Source: an uncultured Candidatus Rokubacteria bacterium
Lineage (GTDB): Bacteria > Methylomirabilota > Methylomirabilia > Rokubacteriales > CSP1-6
Assembly (NCBI GenBank): GCA_963771355.1
Contig: CAVYTA010000006.1
Span: 2,624,001 to 2,688,000 of the forward strand
Length of the DNA stretch: 64,000 nt
Direction: 5' to 3'
The translations under genes were made by a program, and so were the position numbers. Positions 11,997 through 21,847 of this stretch are shown here, in pieces (position 1 is the stretch's first letter; the number at the start of each line of letters is the position of its first letter). The notes beneath the pieces were generated by a model. That model ran no database searches and was not told where the DNA came from. It was given only the letters and a program-made list of their open reading frames with translations.

Positions 11997-12305
11997 GTGG
12001 CGCCACGCGATGACCGCCGCAAGATCTTGACGCTCCACGATCTCGCCCAAGGGCTGGACGCCTTGCGGCGAGCCGGCCTCAAGATCGTCCACTGCCATGG
12101 GTGCTTCGACCTGATGCACATCGGGCACATCCGGCACCTGCAGGGCGCCTATCCGCGCTATTACGCCGGCGTCGTCGCCTCGCTGCGACACGGCGCGCCG
12201 CCGCCCGTCGACCCCGACGACGCGGTGGCCGGACTCGAGATCATCGCCGCCGCGCAGCGATCCGCCGCCGGGCACGAGACTGTCACGCTCCCGGCGGCGC
12301 GATAG
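11997..12305 (+). pseudogene. Chimeric remnant: HIGH-type cytidylyltransferase N-terminus fused to a Gfo/Idh/MocA oxidoreductase C-terminus
   Basis: KIVHCHGCFDLMHIGHIRHLQGA runs directly into YPRYYAGVVASLRHGAPPPVDPDDAVAGLEIIAAAQRS. Confidence 0.7.
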
Positions 12306-12325
12306 GCGCCGCCCTTTCCGTGCAC

Positions 12326-13063
12326 CTAGCGGACCGGCGCGGACGTGTCGCCACATTCACCGAGCGCCGGCCGCTCGGCGAGCGGGTTCATCTCCGGCGG
12401 CGGCGGGAGCGAGGCGTAGCGGGAGCTTTTCGCGGCAGTTGATACCGCCGCGAACAGTTGGGGGATTCCCTCGGTATTCGCCAGACCGACGAGCCACTTC
12501 GGGAGCGAGCCGGCGGGATCGGTGAACACGCAGTATCGAACCTCGGTCGCGCCCTCGGCGTTCGCGACGGGCCGCAGGTCCCAGTGGCCGCTATTGATTG
12601 AAACCCGGACGGCGTCGGCGCTCACGCCGGCCGGCAGGCCGTCCTCGAGCCGCCAGACGAAGGCCCAAGCGCGCCGGCGGTCGACGTCACGGTATTCCCG
12701 CTCGATGACGCGAATCACGTAGTGTCGATCCTGCACGAAAGGGAGTCCGAACGAGAGCCGCTGATAGTTCTGAGCGCCACCCGATGCGTCGCGGTCCAGG
12801 ACCCGGCTCTCCTTCACGTACGGCATGAACGCGGGATATCGCTCGAGGTCGGCGATCACCGCCCGGACTACGTGCGGCGGCGCCTCGATGAGGCCCTGGG
12901 CGTTGACCTGCTTGACGTCGCGTCCGGGTATCGCGCGGGTTTCTACTTTCACCGCCGGCGGCGTTCCCCCCGGCTGGCCCCACGCGGCGGGACCGGCGGC
13001 GAGCAGAGTGACGGTGAAGGCCAGGAGAATCCAGAGACATCGAGTTTGGTCGGATCCCTTCAC
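12326..13063 (-). CDS. Secreted START/SRPBCC-fold protein
   Basis: Signal peptide; IEAPP..V..VI.DLERYPAFMPYVKESRVL, TDPAGSLPKWL. Confidence 0.75.
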   Translation of the reverse strand: MKGSDQTRCLWILLAFTVTLLAAGPAAWGQPGGTPPAVKVETRAIPGRDVKQVNAQGLIEAPPHVVRAVIADLERYPAFMPYVKESRVLDRDASGGAQNYQRLSFGLPFVQDRHYVIRVIEREYRDVDRRRAWAFVWRLEDGLPAGVSADAVRVSINSGHWDLRPVANAEGATEVRYCVFTDPAGSLPKWLVGLANTEGIPQLFAAVSTAAKSSRYASLPPPPEMNPLAERPALGECGDTSAPVR

Positions 13064-13084
13064 TTCTGCTCGCTATTGACCAGC

Positions 13085-13780
13085 TCACTCCGGTGAGCGG
13101 TCGGCCGCCTTATCCTGCAGAAAGCCGATGGCGATACCGTACTGACCCAGATAATACGCCGGCCAGATCAGGGCGGTCAGCGGCAGTGCCGTCTTGAAAC
13201 GCCCCGCGGCGATCAGGGAGTCCGAGACCAGAAACAGCATCGCACCGATCCAGACGAACGGCGTCGAGAACCTCGCAAGGATTGCCGATACCGTCATCGC
13301 CGTGATCGCAACGCCATAGATGATCACCGGGACCGCATACTCGCCCAGCCGGGCCGAAAGCCAGCCGGTCACCGCCACGCTGTAGACGAGTACGGCCGCC
13401 GTCAACGTCAGCTCCAGGCGGCGGGGGCGCCACGGCCGTGGCCAGCTCTGCGCGAAGAGCAGAATGTACGCGACGTGCGCGAGGAGGAACGCGCCCAAGG
13501 CGAGCCCGAAGTAGCGGCGGGAACCCAGGTGCAGGAGAACGTCGCCGATGCACGAGAGCGTCAGTGCCACCGCGAGGAGGTGGCTGTCGCGCACCCCGGG
13601 CCGCGCCGCTCCGTTCGTCGTGCGCTCGACTTTCCCGAGGACTCTGAAGGTCAGCACTGCCAGCGGTGCCATGCCCAGCGCCTTGAGCACGACGCTGCCG
13701 GGAAACGGTTGAAGACCTCGCGTCGCGAGATAGGCGGCGCTACTCCCGATAGACAGCAGCAAGAGCCACTGGTCCAGCAC
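13085..13780 (-). CDS. YhhN-family lysoplasmalogenase-like membrane protein (start uncertain)
   Basis: LSCIGDVLL, GAFLLAHVAY, GAMLFLVSDSLIA, YYLGQ. Confidence 0.85.
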   Translation of the reverse strand: MLDQWLLLLSIGSSAAYLATRGLQPFPGSVVLKALGMAPLAVLTFRVLGKVERTTNGAARPGVRDSHLLAVALTLSCIGDVLLHLGSRRYFGLALGAFLLAHVAYILLFAQSWPRPWRPRRLELTLTAAVLVYSVAVTGWLSARLGEYAVPVIIYGVAITAMTVSAILARFSTPFVWIGAMLFLVSDSLIAAGRFKTALPLTALIWPAYYLGQYGIAIGFLQDKAADRSPE

Positions 13781-13874
13781 GCCGAAGTGCCGCAGACGAC
13801 CGAACGTCAGGACGTCCAACCGGCCCCCGTGCGGTATTCCGTTCCCCCGTCGGCCGCTTCGTCCAAAACCCGAC

Positions 13875-14711
13875 TCAGAGATTGGCGAGCGACCGCAGGC
13901 GCGGATCCAGCTCGTCGCGCAGGGCATCGCCGACCAGGTTGACCGCCACCACCGTGAGCATGATGCAGAAGCCGGGCACGGAGGAGATCCACCATGCGCG
14001 CAGGAGATAGTTGCGCCCGCTGCTCAGATCGATGCCCCACTCGGGGATCGGGGGGCGCGGGCCGAGCCCGAGGAAGCTCAGGGAGGCGCCGAGGATGATC
14101 GACCAGGCGATGGCGACGGTGGAGAGGACGATGATCGGCGCCACCACGTTGGGCAGGACGTGGCGCAGCGCCACCCGCGCGGGCCAGCAGCCGAGCGCCC
14201 GCGCCGCCTCGACGTAGGCGTTCTCCCGCACGGACAGCACGTCGCCGCGCACCAGGCGCACGAAGGTCGGGATCAGCGACACGCCCACCGCCAGCATCAC
14301 GTTGACGGTCCCCTGCCCCAGCACGGCCACCACCACCAGCGCCATCAGGATGCCCGGGAAGGCCATCATGATGTCCACCACGCGCATCACGAGCAGGTCC
14401 GTCCAGCCGCCGATGACCCCGCACGCCAGGCCCACCACCACGCCGGCGGTCAGCGCGACCGCGACGGCGCCGAGCCCGCTGAGCAGGGACAGCCGCGCGC
14501 CTGTCATGGCACGGCTCAGGATGTCGCGGCCATACTGGTCCGTGCCGAACGGATGCGTCAGCGACGGGGGCGACAGCGCCTCCGCCGGCCTGACCTTGAT
14601 GGGGTCGTGGGGCGCAAGCGCCGGCGCGAAGAGCGCGGCGAGGGCGACGACGGCCAGGATGAGCGCACCGACGAGCGCTGACTTCCGGCGGCGCAGGACG
14701 CGAGGCAGCAT
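13875..14711 (-). CDS. Peptide ABC transporter permease (DppC-like)
   Basis: HPFGTDQYGRD, YVEAARALG, RHVLPN, LSFLGLG. Confidence 0.92.
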   Translation of the reverse strand: MLPRVLRRRKSALVGALILAVVALAALFAPALAPHDPIKVRPAEALSPPSLTHPFGTDQYGRDILSRAMTGARLSLLSGLGAVAVALTAGVVVGLACGVIGGWTDLLVMRVVDIMMAFPGILMALVVVAVLGQGTVNVMLAVGVSLIPTFVRLVRGDVLSVRENAYVEAARALGCWPARVALRHVLPNVVAPIIVLSTVAIAWSIILGASLSFLGLGPRPPIPEWGIDLSSGRNYLLRAWWISSVPGFCIMLTVVAVNLVGDALRDELDPRLRSLANL

Positions 14712-15649
14712 CAGCCCTTCACCGCCTCGCGGTGCCGGATGCGGGGATCCAGCGCCGCGTACGACAGATCAACCAGGAGGTTCGTGAGCACGTAGCCGAG
14801 CGCGCTCACCAGGACGACGCCCTGGATGAGCGGATAATCCTTGTCGAGCACGGCGGTGACGGCCAGCCGCCCCATGCCCCGGCGGGAGAACACGGTCTCC
14901 ACGATGATGGTGCCGGCGAGCAGGTTGCCGAGCTGGACGCCGATGATGGTGGTCACGGGGATGAGCGCGTTGCCGAGCGCGTGCTTCAGCGTGACGCCCC
15001 ACTCCGACAGTCCCTTGGCGCGCGCGGTCGAGATGTAGCCGTTGCCGAGCACCTCCAGCAGGCTCGAGCGCACGAGCCGCGCGATGACCGCAGAATAGTT
15101 GAGGCCGATGGTGGCGGCGGGGAGCAGCAGGCGGCTGATGCCACCCTGGCCGGTGGCGGGAAGCCAGCCGAGGTGGAGCGAGAAGACGAAGATCAGCAGC
15201 AGGCCGAGCCAGAAGCTCGGCATGGACACGCCGCCGAGGGCGACCAGCATCGCCGCGCGGTCGATCCAGGTGTTGTGCCAGACCGCGGCGAGCAGCCCGA
15301 GGGCCAGGCCGACCGCGATCGCGATCACGATGGCGGTCGCCGCCAGCTCGAGCGTGCTCGGCAGCTGCTCGGCGATCTCGTCGATGACGGGGCGGCGCGT
15401 GAAGATCGAGCGCCCGAAGTCGCCGGTGACGGCACGGGTGATGAACCGGAGGTACTGCACCGGCAGCGGATCGTCCAGGCGCAGCTGCGCGCGCAGCTCG
15501 CGCTCCTGCTCCGGAGTGGCATTGGCGCCGCTGAGGATGGCGAGCACGGGATCGCCGGGGAGCAGGTGGACGATCGAGAAGACGACCATCGACACCCCGA
15601 CGACCACCGGCACCGACAGCAGGATCCGGCGCCGGATGAACGTGAGCAG
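14711..15649 (-). CDS. Peptide ABC transporter permease (DppB-like), probable CTG start
   Basis: LPGDP, LDDPLPVQY, TARAKGL, DYPLIQG; the family-typical N-terminus (M)LTFIRRRILLSVP begins at CTG 15649. Confidence 0.9.
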   Translation of the reverse strand: MLTFIRRRILLSVPVVVGVSMVVFSIVHLLPGDPVLAILSGANATPEQERELRAQLRLDDPLPVQYLRFITRAVTGDFGRSIFTRRPVIDEIAEQLPSTLELAATAIVIAIAVGLALGLLAAVWHNTWIDRAAMLVALGGVSMPSFWLGLLLIFVFSLHLGWLPATGQGGISRLLLPAATIGLNYSAVIARLVRSSLLEVLGNGYISTARAKGLSEWGVTLKHALGNALIPVTTIIGVQLGNLLAGTIIVETVFSRRGMGRLAVTAVLDKDYPLIQGVVLVSALGYVLTNLLVDLSYAALDPRIRHREAVKG

Positions 15650-15655
15650 CGAACG

Positions 15656-17224
15656 CTACCTCGTCAGGCTCACTTCGTAGAGCACCGGGAAGGTCACCAC
15701 GTTGAAGCCGAAGCCTTGCACCTCCTTGCGCGTGCCCACGATGGTGACCTGATCGACGAGGCCGATGCCGGCGCCGCTCTCCACCAGCATCCGCTGGATC
15801 TTCTTGTACAGCTCCATCCGCGGCCCCTCCTCCACCATGGTGGCCGCCTGGTCCAGGAGCTTGTCGATCTCCGGGTCGGACAGCCGCGGCGGGTTGAAGG
15901 CCTGGAGCCGACTGGTGTGGAAGTTCGTGGTGAGGATGGACGGATCGGGAAACCACCAGTTCAGCTCGCCGATGCCGTGCTCGCCCTTGCGCCACGCCTC
16001 GTACATCTGCACGCGCGGCTGCTCGCGCAGCTGGATGTCGATGCCGACCTCGCGCGCCATCCCCTGGATCAGCGGAGCCATCTCCTCGTAGCCGTTGTTC
16101 GTGCCGAAGATCCACAGGATCTCCAGCCGCTTGCCGTCCTTCACCCGGATGCCGTCGCCGCCGGGCTTCCAGCCGGCGTCGTCGAGGATCTTCTTCGCGC
16201 GCGCGGCGTCGTACGGGAAGAGCTCCTTGGCCACGGGCACGAAGCCGGGCGTGGGCGGCTGGATCAGCGAGCCGGCGGCCTGACTCTGGCCGTGGAAGAC
16301 CACGCGCACGATCGCGTCCTTGCTGATCGCGTGGTGCAGCGCGCGCCGTACCGCCGGATCGTTGGTGGGAAAGCGCTGGACGTTCGGGAAGATCGTCCAG
16401 GGGGTGCCGGCGGGGACGCCGCGCAGGAGCCGCACGTCGGGATTGCGCCCGAGCCCGGCGACGTCGGCGTACGACAGGTCCTCGGCGATGTGCGCCTCGC
16501 CCGTCGTCAGCACCGCCGTGCGCGTGGTCGCCTCGGGCACGAACCGCCACGTGATCTCGTCGAGGTGCGCGGGGCCCCGATGGGTCGCCGTCGCCGGGGG
16601 CCACGCGTAGTCGGGGTTGCGCACCAGCGTCACGTGGCTCTTCGGCACCCACTCCTTCACCATGAAGGGGCCGGTGCCGACGGGCTTGCGCGAGAAGTCC
16701 TGGCCCATCTTCTGCACGGCCGTCGGCGACAGCGGCGCCAGCGGCGAGAGCCCCACCATTCTCAGGAACGGCGCGTAGGGCTGCTTCAAGCGGACGCGCA
16801 CGGTGTGGGCATCCACGACGTCGGCGCCGTCGTACGGGCCCAGGAACGCGCGGGCGACGCCCGGGGCGCCGAGCGGCTCCTGGATGCGGTCGTACGTGAA
16901 CTTGACGGCGGCGGCATCGAACGGCGTGCCGTCGTGGAACTTCACGTTCTTGCGAAGCTTGAAAGTGTAGCTCTTGCCGTCGCGCGCGACCTCCCACGAC
17001 TCCGCCAGCCCCGGGAGAACCTTCCCGTCCTTCGGATTGATCACGGTCAGCGTGTCGGTGAACTGAATCAGGATCTTGCGCGTGGCCGCCCGGTTGGTGA
17101 TGTGGGGGTCGAGCGTGTCGATGTCCTGGCGGGCGGCGTACATGATCTTGCCGCCGGGCTTCGCCTGCGCGAACGCCGTCAGCGGCGCCAGAAGGAGCAG
17201 CCCAATCGCAACGATCGTTCTCAT
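15656..17224 (-). CDS. Peptide/nickel ABC transporter substrate-binding protein (family 5)
   Basis: Signal peptide; TLDPH, LAESWE, LRKNVKFHDGTPFDA, GTGPF. Confidence 0.93.
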   Translation of the reverse strand: MRTIVAIGLLLLAPLTAFAQAKPGGKIMYAARQDIDTLDPHITNRAATRKILIQFTDTLTVINPKDGKVLPGLAESWEVARDGKSYTFKLRKNVKFHDGTPFDAAAVKFTYDRIQEPLGAPGVARAFLGPYDGADVVDAHTVRVRLKQPYAPFLRMVGLSPLAPLSPTAVQKMGQDFSRKPVGTGPFMVKEWVPKSHVTLVRNPDYAWPPATATHRGPAHLDEITWRFVPEATTRTAVLTTGEAHIAEDLSYADVAGLGRNPDVRLLRGVPAGTPWTIFPNVQRFPTNDPAVRRALHHAISKDAIVRVVFHGQSQAAGSLIQPPTPGFVPVAKELFPYDAARAKKILDDAGWKPGGDGIRVKDGKRLEILWIFGTNNGYEEMAPLIQGMAREVGIDIQLREQPRVQMYEAWRKGEHGIGELNWWFPDPSILTTNFHTSRLQAFNPPRLSDPEIDKLLDQAATMVEEGPRMELYKKIQRMLVESGAGIGLVDQVTIVGTRKEVQGFGFNVVTFPVLYEVSLTR

Positions 17225-17240
17225 GCTCGTCTCCTCACGC

Positions 17241-18518
17241 TCACGCGCAGAGCTGGTGGGTCGCGTACGCGACGGCCCGCGCCGCCGTGACGAGATCACT
17301 CAGCGGAACGCGCTCGTCCGGGGTCGGCCATTCCTTGTAGATGCGGATGTCGCCCGCGCCGTACTGCACGGTGGGGATGCCGTGGGACATGAGGATGTTG
17401 CCGTCACCGACGTTGCCGAGCCGTCCCCAGCCCCCCACCACGGCGGGCGTGCCGGTGGCGAGACGCTGGCCCTCGGCGAGCGCGGTGACGAGGCGATGGT
17501 CCGGCTTGGTCTCCATCGGATCCTGGAACCACCCGTCCTCCATGCCGTTGGCGGGGATCGTCATCTCGGCGTCGAAGGCGGGGTGGGCCCTCTTGATGTC
17601 GGCGAGCAGCCGCTGCACGTCGTCGCGCACCGTCTCCAGCGTCTGGCCGGGCACGGTGCGGAGCTGGAAGACCATCTCGCACTCGCGGCTGGACATGCCC
17701 GTGTAGCTCTTCTGGTAGTAGTGCTCCTTGTGCATCGTGTCGAAGGTGTGCGTCGGGAACCCCGGCAGGTCCGGGTGCGGCGTGAAGCGCAGCCAGCCGC
17801 CGGGCTTGATCGGATCGAGGCTCGGCCCGATGCGCCGGATGATCTCGGCCTGCTGCTCGATCGGGTTCATGTACTGCGCCCGCGCCTCCTTGCTGTAGCG
17901 GAAGAAGAGCTCGGGGCTCTTGGTCTTGATCCGCACCATGACGATGCCGACACAGACGTTGGCGATCGTGTTGGCGGAGTGCTCCATGTTGATGGCGAGG
18001 TCGGTGCGCAGCCCCTTGGCCATGAGCGCGCGCGTCCCGGCGCCGCCGAGCTTGTGAGCGACCACCGGGGTGACCACGACGTCACCGCGCAGGCGCACGC
18101 CGGACCGGACGATGGCCTCCACCGCACAGATCGCGGCCACCACGCCGCCCTTGTCGTCGTGCGCGCCCATCCCCCACACCCAGCCGTCCTCGAACTTGGC
18201 GCCGTAGGGATCCACGCTCCAGCCGCTCATCTCCACGCCGGGGTCCATGTGGCCGTTGAGCATGAGGCTCGGCCCGCCGCCGGTGCCCGGCAAGCGTCCG
18301 ATCGGCTGGCGGGTCTTCTGGCCGGGCTTGGCCCAGTGGGTGACCTCCATCATCTCCACGTCGAGGCCGAGATCGGACATGTAGGTGGCGAAAAGATCGG
18401 CGATCTTGCCTTCCTCGAACGTGGTGCTCGGGATGCGGATCGCCGCCTGCTCGAGGGCCAGGACCTGCTTGTCGCTGATCCCCGCGACGATCTTGTTCCA
18501 GTCGCCGGTGTCCGCCAT
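17241..18518 (-). CDS. M20/ArgE-DapE family amidohydrolase with atypical active site
   Basis: LNGHMD and G.GAHDDKGG present; HK where EE is usual. Confidence 0.8.
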   Translation of the reverse strand: MADTGDWNKIVAGISDKQVLALEQAAIRIPSTTFEEGKIADLFATYMSDLGLDVEMMEVTHWAKPGQKTRQPIGRLPGTGGGPSLMLNGHMDPGVEMSGWSVDPYGAKFEDGWVWGMGAHDDKGGVVAAICAVEAIVRSGVRLRGDVVVTPVVAHKLGGAGTRALMAKGLRTDLAINMEHSANTIANVCVGIVMVRIKTKSPELFFRYSKEARAQYMNPIEQQAEIIRRIGPSLDPIKPGGWLRFTPHPDLPGFPTHTFDTMHKEHYYQKSYTGMSSRECEMVFQLRTVPGQTLETVRDDVQRLLADIKRAHPAFDAEMTIPANGMEDGWFQDPMETKPDHRLVTALAEGQRLATGTPAVVGGWGRLGNVGDGNILMSHGIPTVQYGAGDIRIYKEWPTPDERVPLSDLVTAARAVAYATHQLCA

Positions 18519-18526
18519 GACGCGCC

Positions 18527-19660
18527 CTACTCGATCACGAACATCTGATCGGTCGCGAACTTGTCCGAGATGAGCTGCGGCGCGCCCGCGCGCACCACCA
18601 CCATGTCCTGGATGTGGTAGTAGTCCTTGGCGGGCTCGAGCGCGAGCACCATCCCCTCCTCCAGCACGAACTTGTTGCCGCGCGAGATCACCGGCTCCTG
18701 CTGATGCCACCAGCAGCCGACACCGTGGCCGGCGAGCTGGCTGGTGTACGACCAGCCGTGTCGGCCGAACTCCTTGACGACGAGCTCGTAGACCTCACCC
18801 GCGGAGACGCCGGGCCGGCAGGCATCGATCGTCTTGCCGTAGATCTCGCGAGTGATGCGATAGTCGCGGACCTGCTCCGCGCTCGGCTTGCCGAGGACCG
18901 CGTTGCGCGACTGGTGGCCGGGGTAGCCGTCGACGTAGGCCACGTAGTCGGTGCGGACCACGTCGCCGGTCCGCCAGGCGTCGTCGCTCTCGCCCGCGTA
19001 GGGAATGAGGTTCCGGCTGGAGTTCAGGATGCCATGCGCCCAGTTGGCGCCGCGGCGCAGGCAGCTGCCGATGAGCCGGCTGTGGACGGCGCGCTCCGTC
19101 TCACCCGGCCGGATGCCCGGAAAGACCTCGAGGAACGCGTCGTCGAGGAGGTCGGCGCCCTTCTTCAGCAGGCGGATCTCGCCTTCCGTCTTCACCCAGC
19201 GCACCTCGTCCATCATCGCCGTGCAATCGAGCATCTGCAGCTGCGGCAGCTCGCGCTGGACCTCTTCCCAGTGCCCCGCGCTCACGTAGGTCTTCTCGAA
19301 CCCGACGCGCTCGCCGCCGAGGCCGAGGCTCGTCAGCACCTGCGCCAGGCGGTGGTACGGCGACTCCGAGTACGCCTCGTAGACCTCGACCCGGTCGACC
19401 CACGAGTCGCGGCGCGTGAGCCCTTCGGCGATCTTGTTGAGCACGACCACCGGCGCGCCGTTTCGCGGCCAGACGAGGAGGATGCCGCGCACGGAGTCCG
19501 GGAGATCGAGATGCCGCGCCAGCGTCCCCGGATAGGCGAGACCCGAGAGATAGGTGAAGTTCTGTCCGGAGCGCACCACCACGGCGGCGAGGCGGTGACG
19601 ATCCATGTACTGGTGCAGGCGGGGTACGTTGGCGATGATCTCGCGCTTCGACTCCGGCAT
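18527..19660 (-). CDS. M24/creatinase-like hydrolase
   Basis: NFTYLSG, RWVKTEGEI, GHGVG, LEEGMVLALEP. Confidence 0.85.
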   Translation of the reverse strand: MPESKREIIANVPRLHQYMDRHRLAAVVVRSGQNFTYLSGLAYPGTLARHLDLPDSVRGILLVWPRNGAPVVVLNKIAEGLTRRDSWVDRVEVYEAYSESPYHRLAQVLTSLGLGGERVGFEKTYVSAGHWEEVQRELPQLQMLDCTAMMDEVRWVKTEGEIRLLKKGADLLDDAFLEVFPGIRPGETERAVHSRLIGSCLRRGANWAHGILNSSRNLIPYAGESDDAWRTGDVVRTDYVAYVDGYPGHQSRNAVLGKPSAEQVRDYRITREIYGKTIDACRPGVSAGEVYELVVKEFGRHGWSYTSQLAGHGVGCWWHQQEPVISRGNKFVLEEGMVLALEPAKDYYHIQDMVVVRAGAPQLISDKFATDQMFVIE

Positions 19661-19803
19661 GGTTCCCCCTCGGCGAGCGAAATGAAGTCGGGCGCATTGT
19701 AGCCGCGACCGTCGAGGATAGGCAAGGTGAAAGCCCTCCGGCGGCGGCCGGGCCCATCCAGTGAGCACCGGCACGCTTACGAGCCCTGCGCTAGACTCGC
19801 CGT

Positions 19804-21309
19804 ATGAACCCCGTCCAGGTCCTCATCGTCGGTGCGGGCCCGACGGGCCTGGTGCTCGCGCTCTGGCTGACGCGTGCCGGTGTGCGCGTGCGCATCATCG
19901 ACAAGGCGGCGGAGCCCGGCACCACCTCCCGCGCGCTCGCGGTGCAAGCCCGCACGCTGGAGTTCTATCGGCAGCTCGATCTCGCCACGCCCGTCGTCGA
20001 GGGCGGCGTCGAGATCGACACCGTGAATCTGTGGGTCACCGGCCGCCGTGTCGCGCGCGCCGTGTTCGGCGCCATGGGCGCCGGCCTGAGCCCCTTCCCG
20101 TATGCGCTGATCTTCCCGCAGGACGAGCATGAGCGCGTCCTGATCGAGCGGCTCGAACGCGAGGGCGTGAAAGTCGAGCGCCCCGTCGAGCTCCTGGGAT
20201 TCGAAGACCCCGCCTCCCGTATCGTGGCGCGTCTTCGTCACGCCAATGGAGCCGAGGAGACCCTCGAGGTCCCGTACCTTGCGGGCTGCGACGGCGCGCA
20301 CTCGACCACGCGCGAGACGCTCGGCATCGGATTCCCCGGCGGCACGTACGAGCATCTGTTCTACGTCGCGGACGTCCAGGCGCGTGGCCCGCAGATGGAC
20401 CGGCAGCTGCACGGATCGCTGGACCAGGCGGAGTTCATCCTGCTGTTCCCGCTGAAGCGCGAGGGACACGCGCGCCTCGTCGGCCTCGTACGCGACGACG
20501 CGGAGACGACCGACGGGCTCACCTGGGACGACGTCAGCACCGACCTGCTCGGCCGCATGGGTATCGCCGTCGAGCGCGTGAACTGGTTCTCGACGTATCG
20601 CGTCCACCATCGGGTCGCGGATCATTTCCGGCGGGGACGGGCCTTCCTCCTGGGCGACGCCGCGCACATCCACAGTCCCGTCGGCGGTCAGGGCATGAAC
20701 ACCGGCATCGGCGACGCGGTGAACCTGGCCTGGAAGCTGGCGGACGTGCTCGGGGCACGCGCCGGCGCCTCCCTTCTCGACAGCTACGAGCCCGAGCGGA
20801 TCGCGTTCGCGCGGCGCCTGGTCGCCACCACGGATCGAGCCTTCACCATCGTCACCAGCCGCGGGCCGCTCGCGCGGCGAATCCGGATCGGCCTGGTGCC
20901 GCGTGTCGTCCCGATCCTCACCTCGTTCAGCGCGGTGCGCCGTCTGATGTTCCGCACGATCTCCCAGACCCAGGTCAACTATCGCGGCGGCCCGCTGAGC
21001 GTGGGCCGCGCGGGGCGCGTGCACGCCGGCGATCGCCTGCCGTGGGTGGAAGCGGTCGACAACTTCGCGCCGCTGGCGTCGCTGGACTGGCAGGTCCACG
21101 TCTACGGTGAGCCGACCCCGGACATCGCGGCCATGTGTCGGGCGCGCCGGCTCCTGCTGAACGTCTTCCCGTGGCGGACCGAGATGGACCGGACCGGACT
21201 CGTGCGCAACGCGGTCTATCTGGTGCGTCCGGACGGCTACGTCGCCCTCGCCGACCCGGACGCGCGGCCGGTCACGCTGCAGACCTATCTCGACGAGCGG
21301 CGTCTCTAA
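19804..21309 (+). CDS. FAD-dependent monooxygenase (PheA/TfdB-like)
   Basis: IVGAGPTGL, GCDGAHS, LLGDAAHIHSPVGGQGMNTG, LVRPDGYV. Confidence 0.9.
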   Translation: MNPVQVLIVGAGPTGLVLALWLTRAGVRVRIIDKAAEPGTTSRALAVQARTLEFYRQLDLATPVVEGGVEIDTVNLWVTGRRVARAVFGAMGAGLSPFPYALIFPQDEHERVLIERLEREGVKVERPVELLGFEDPASRIVARLRHANGAEETLEVPYLAGCDGAHSTTRETLGIGFPGGTYEHLFYVADVQARGPQMDRQLHGSLDQAEFILLFPLKREGHARLVGLVRDDAETTDGLTWDDVSTDLLGRMGIAVERVNWFSTYRVHHRVADHFRRGRAFLLGDAAHIHSPVGGQGMNTGIGDAVNLAWKLADVLGARAGASLLDSYEPERIAFARRLVATTDRAFTIVTSRGPLARRIRIGLVPRVVPILTSFSAVRRLMFRTISQTQVNYRGGPLSVGRAGRVHAGDRLPWVEAVDNFAPLASLDWQVHVYGEPTPDIAAMCRARRLLLNVFPWRTEMDRTGLVRNAVYLVRPDGYVALADPDARPVTLQTYLDERRL

Positions 21310-21316
21310 TTCCTCC

Positions 21317-21345
21317 TTGACGCCACGACGCGCCGCGCCTACGAT
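21317..21345 (+). promoter_or_regulatory. sigma70-type promoter for the CBS gene
   Basis: TTGACG-17nt-TACGAT. Confidence 0.6.
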
Positions 21346-21415
21346 TCGCATAGACGTCCGTCCACCGACCCGATCCGAAGAGCCGTTCCCCACACGGTCC
21401 CGGGAGGTGCGAACC

Positions 21416-21847
21416 ATGAAAGTCCGAGACGTTCTCAAGGTCAAGGGAGCACAGGTGTACTCGATCGGGCCCGATCAGTCCGTTCTGGACGCGGTCGCCA
21501 TTCTCATGCAGCACCGGATCGGTGCCCTGCTCGTCCGTGACGGTACCGGTACGGTGTCCGGGATCATCAGTGAGCGCGACATCCTGGGCGAGTGCCTGCG
21601 CCGGAGCGCTGATTTGGGCAGAATCCCGGTCCGCGAGGTCATGACCAAGGACCTGGTCGTGTGCGTGCCTGACGACGACGTTGACTACGCGATGGGAATT
21701 GTGACGAAGAATCGGGTCCGCCATCTACCGATCATGGACGGCGACCGAGTGGCAGGGCTCATCTCCATCGGCGATCTCGTCAAGGCCGGTCTGGAGGAAG
21801 CCGAGTACGAGAACCGCTATCTGAAGGAGTACATCCAGAGCCGTTGA
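21416..21847 (+). CDS. CBS-pair domain protein
   Basis: GIISERD, RVRHLPI, GLISIGDLVK; GGAGGTG SD. Confidence 0.9.
   Translation: MKVRDVLKVKGAQVYSIGPDQSVLDAVAILMQHRIGALLVRDGTGTVSGIISERDILGECLRRSADLGRIPVREVMTKDLVVCVPDDDVDYAMGIVTKNRVRHLPIMDGDRVAGLISIGDLVKAGLEEAEYENRYLKEYIQSR

Noticed and set aside
14732..17290. Long antisense or alternate-frame ORFs (e.g. 852 aa here, and others across the window)
   Set aside because: Shadow ORFs expected in high-GC DNA; they overlap genes with clear family motifs and have no motifs of their own
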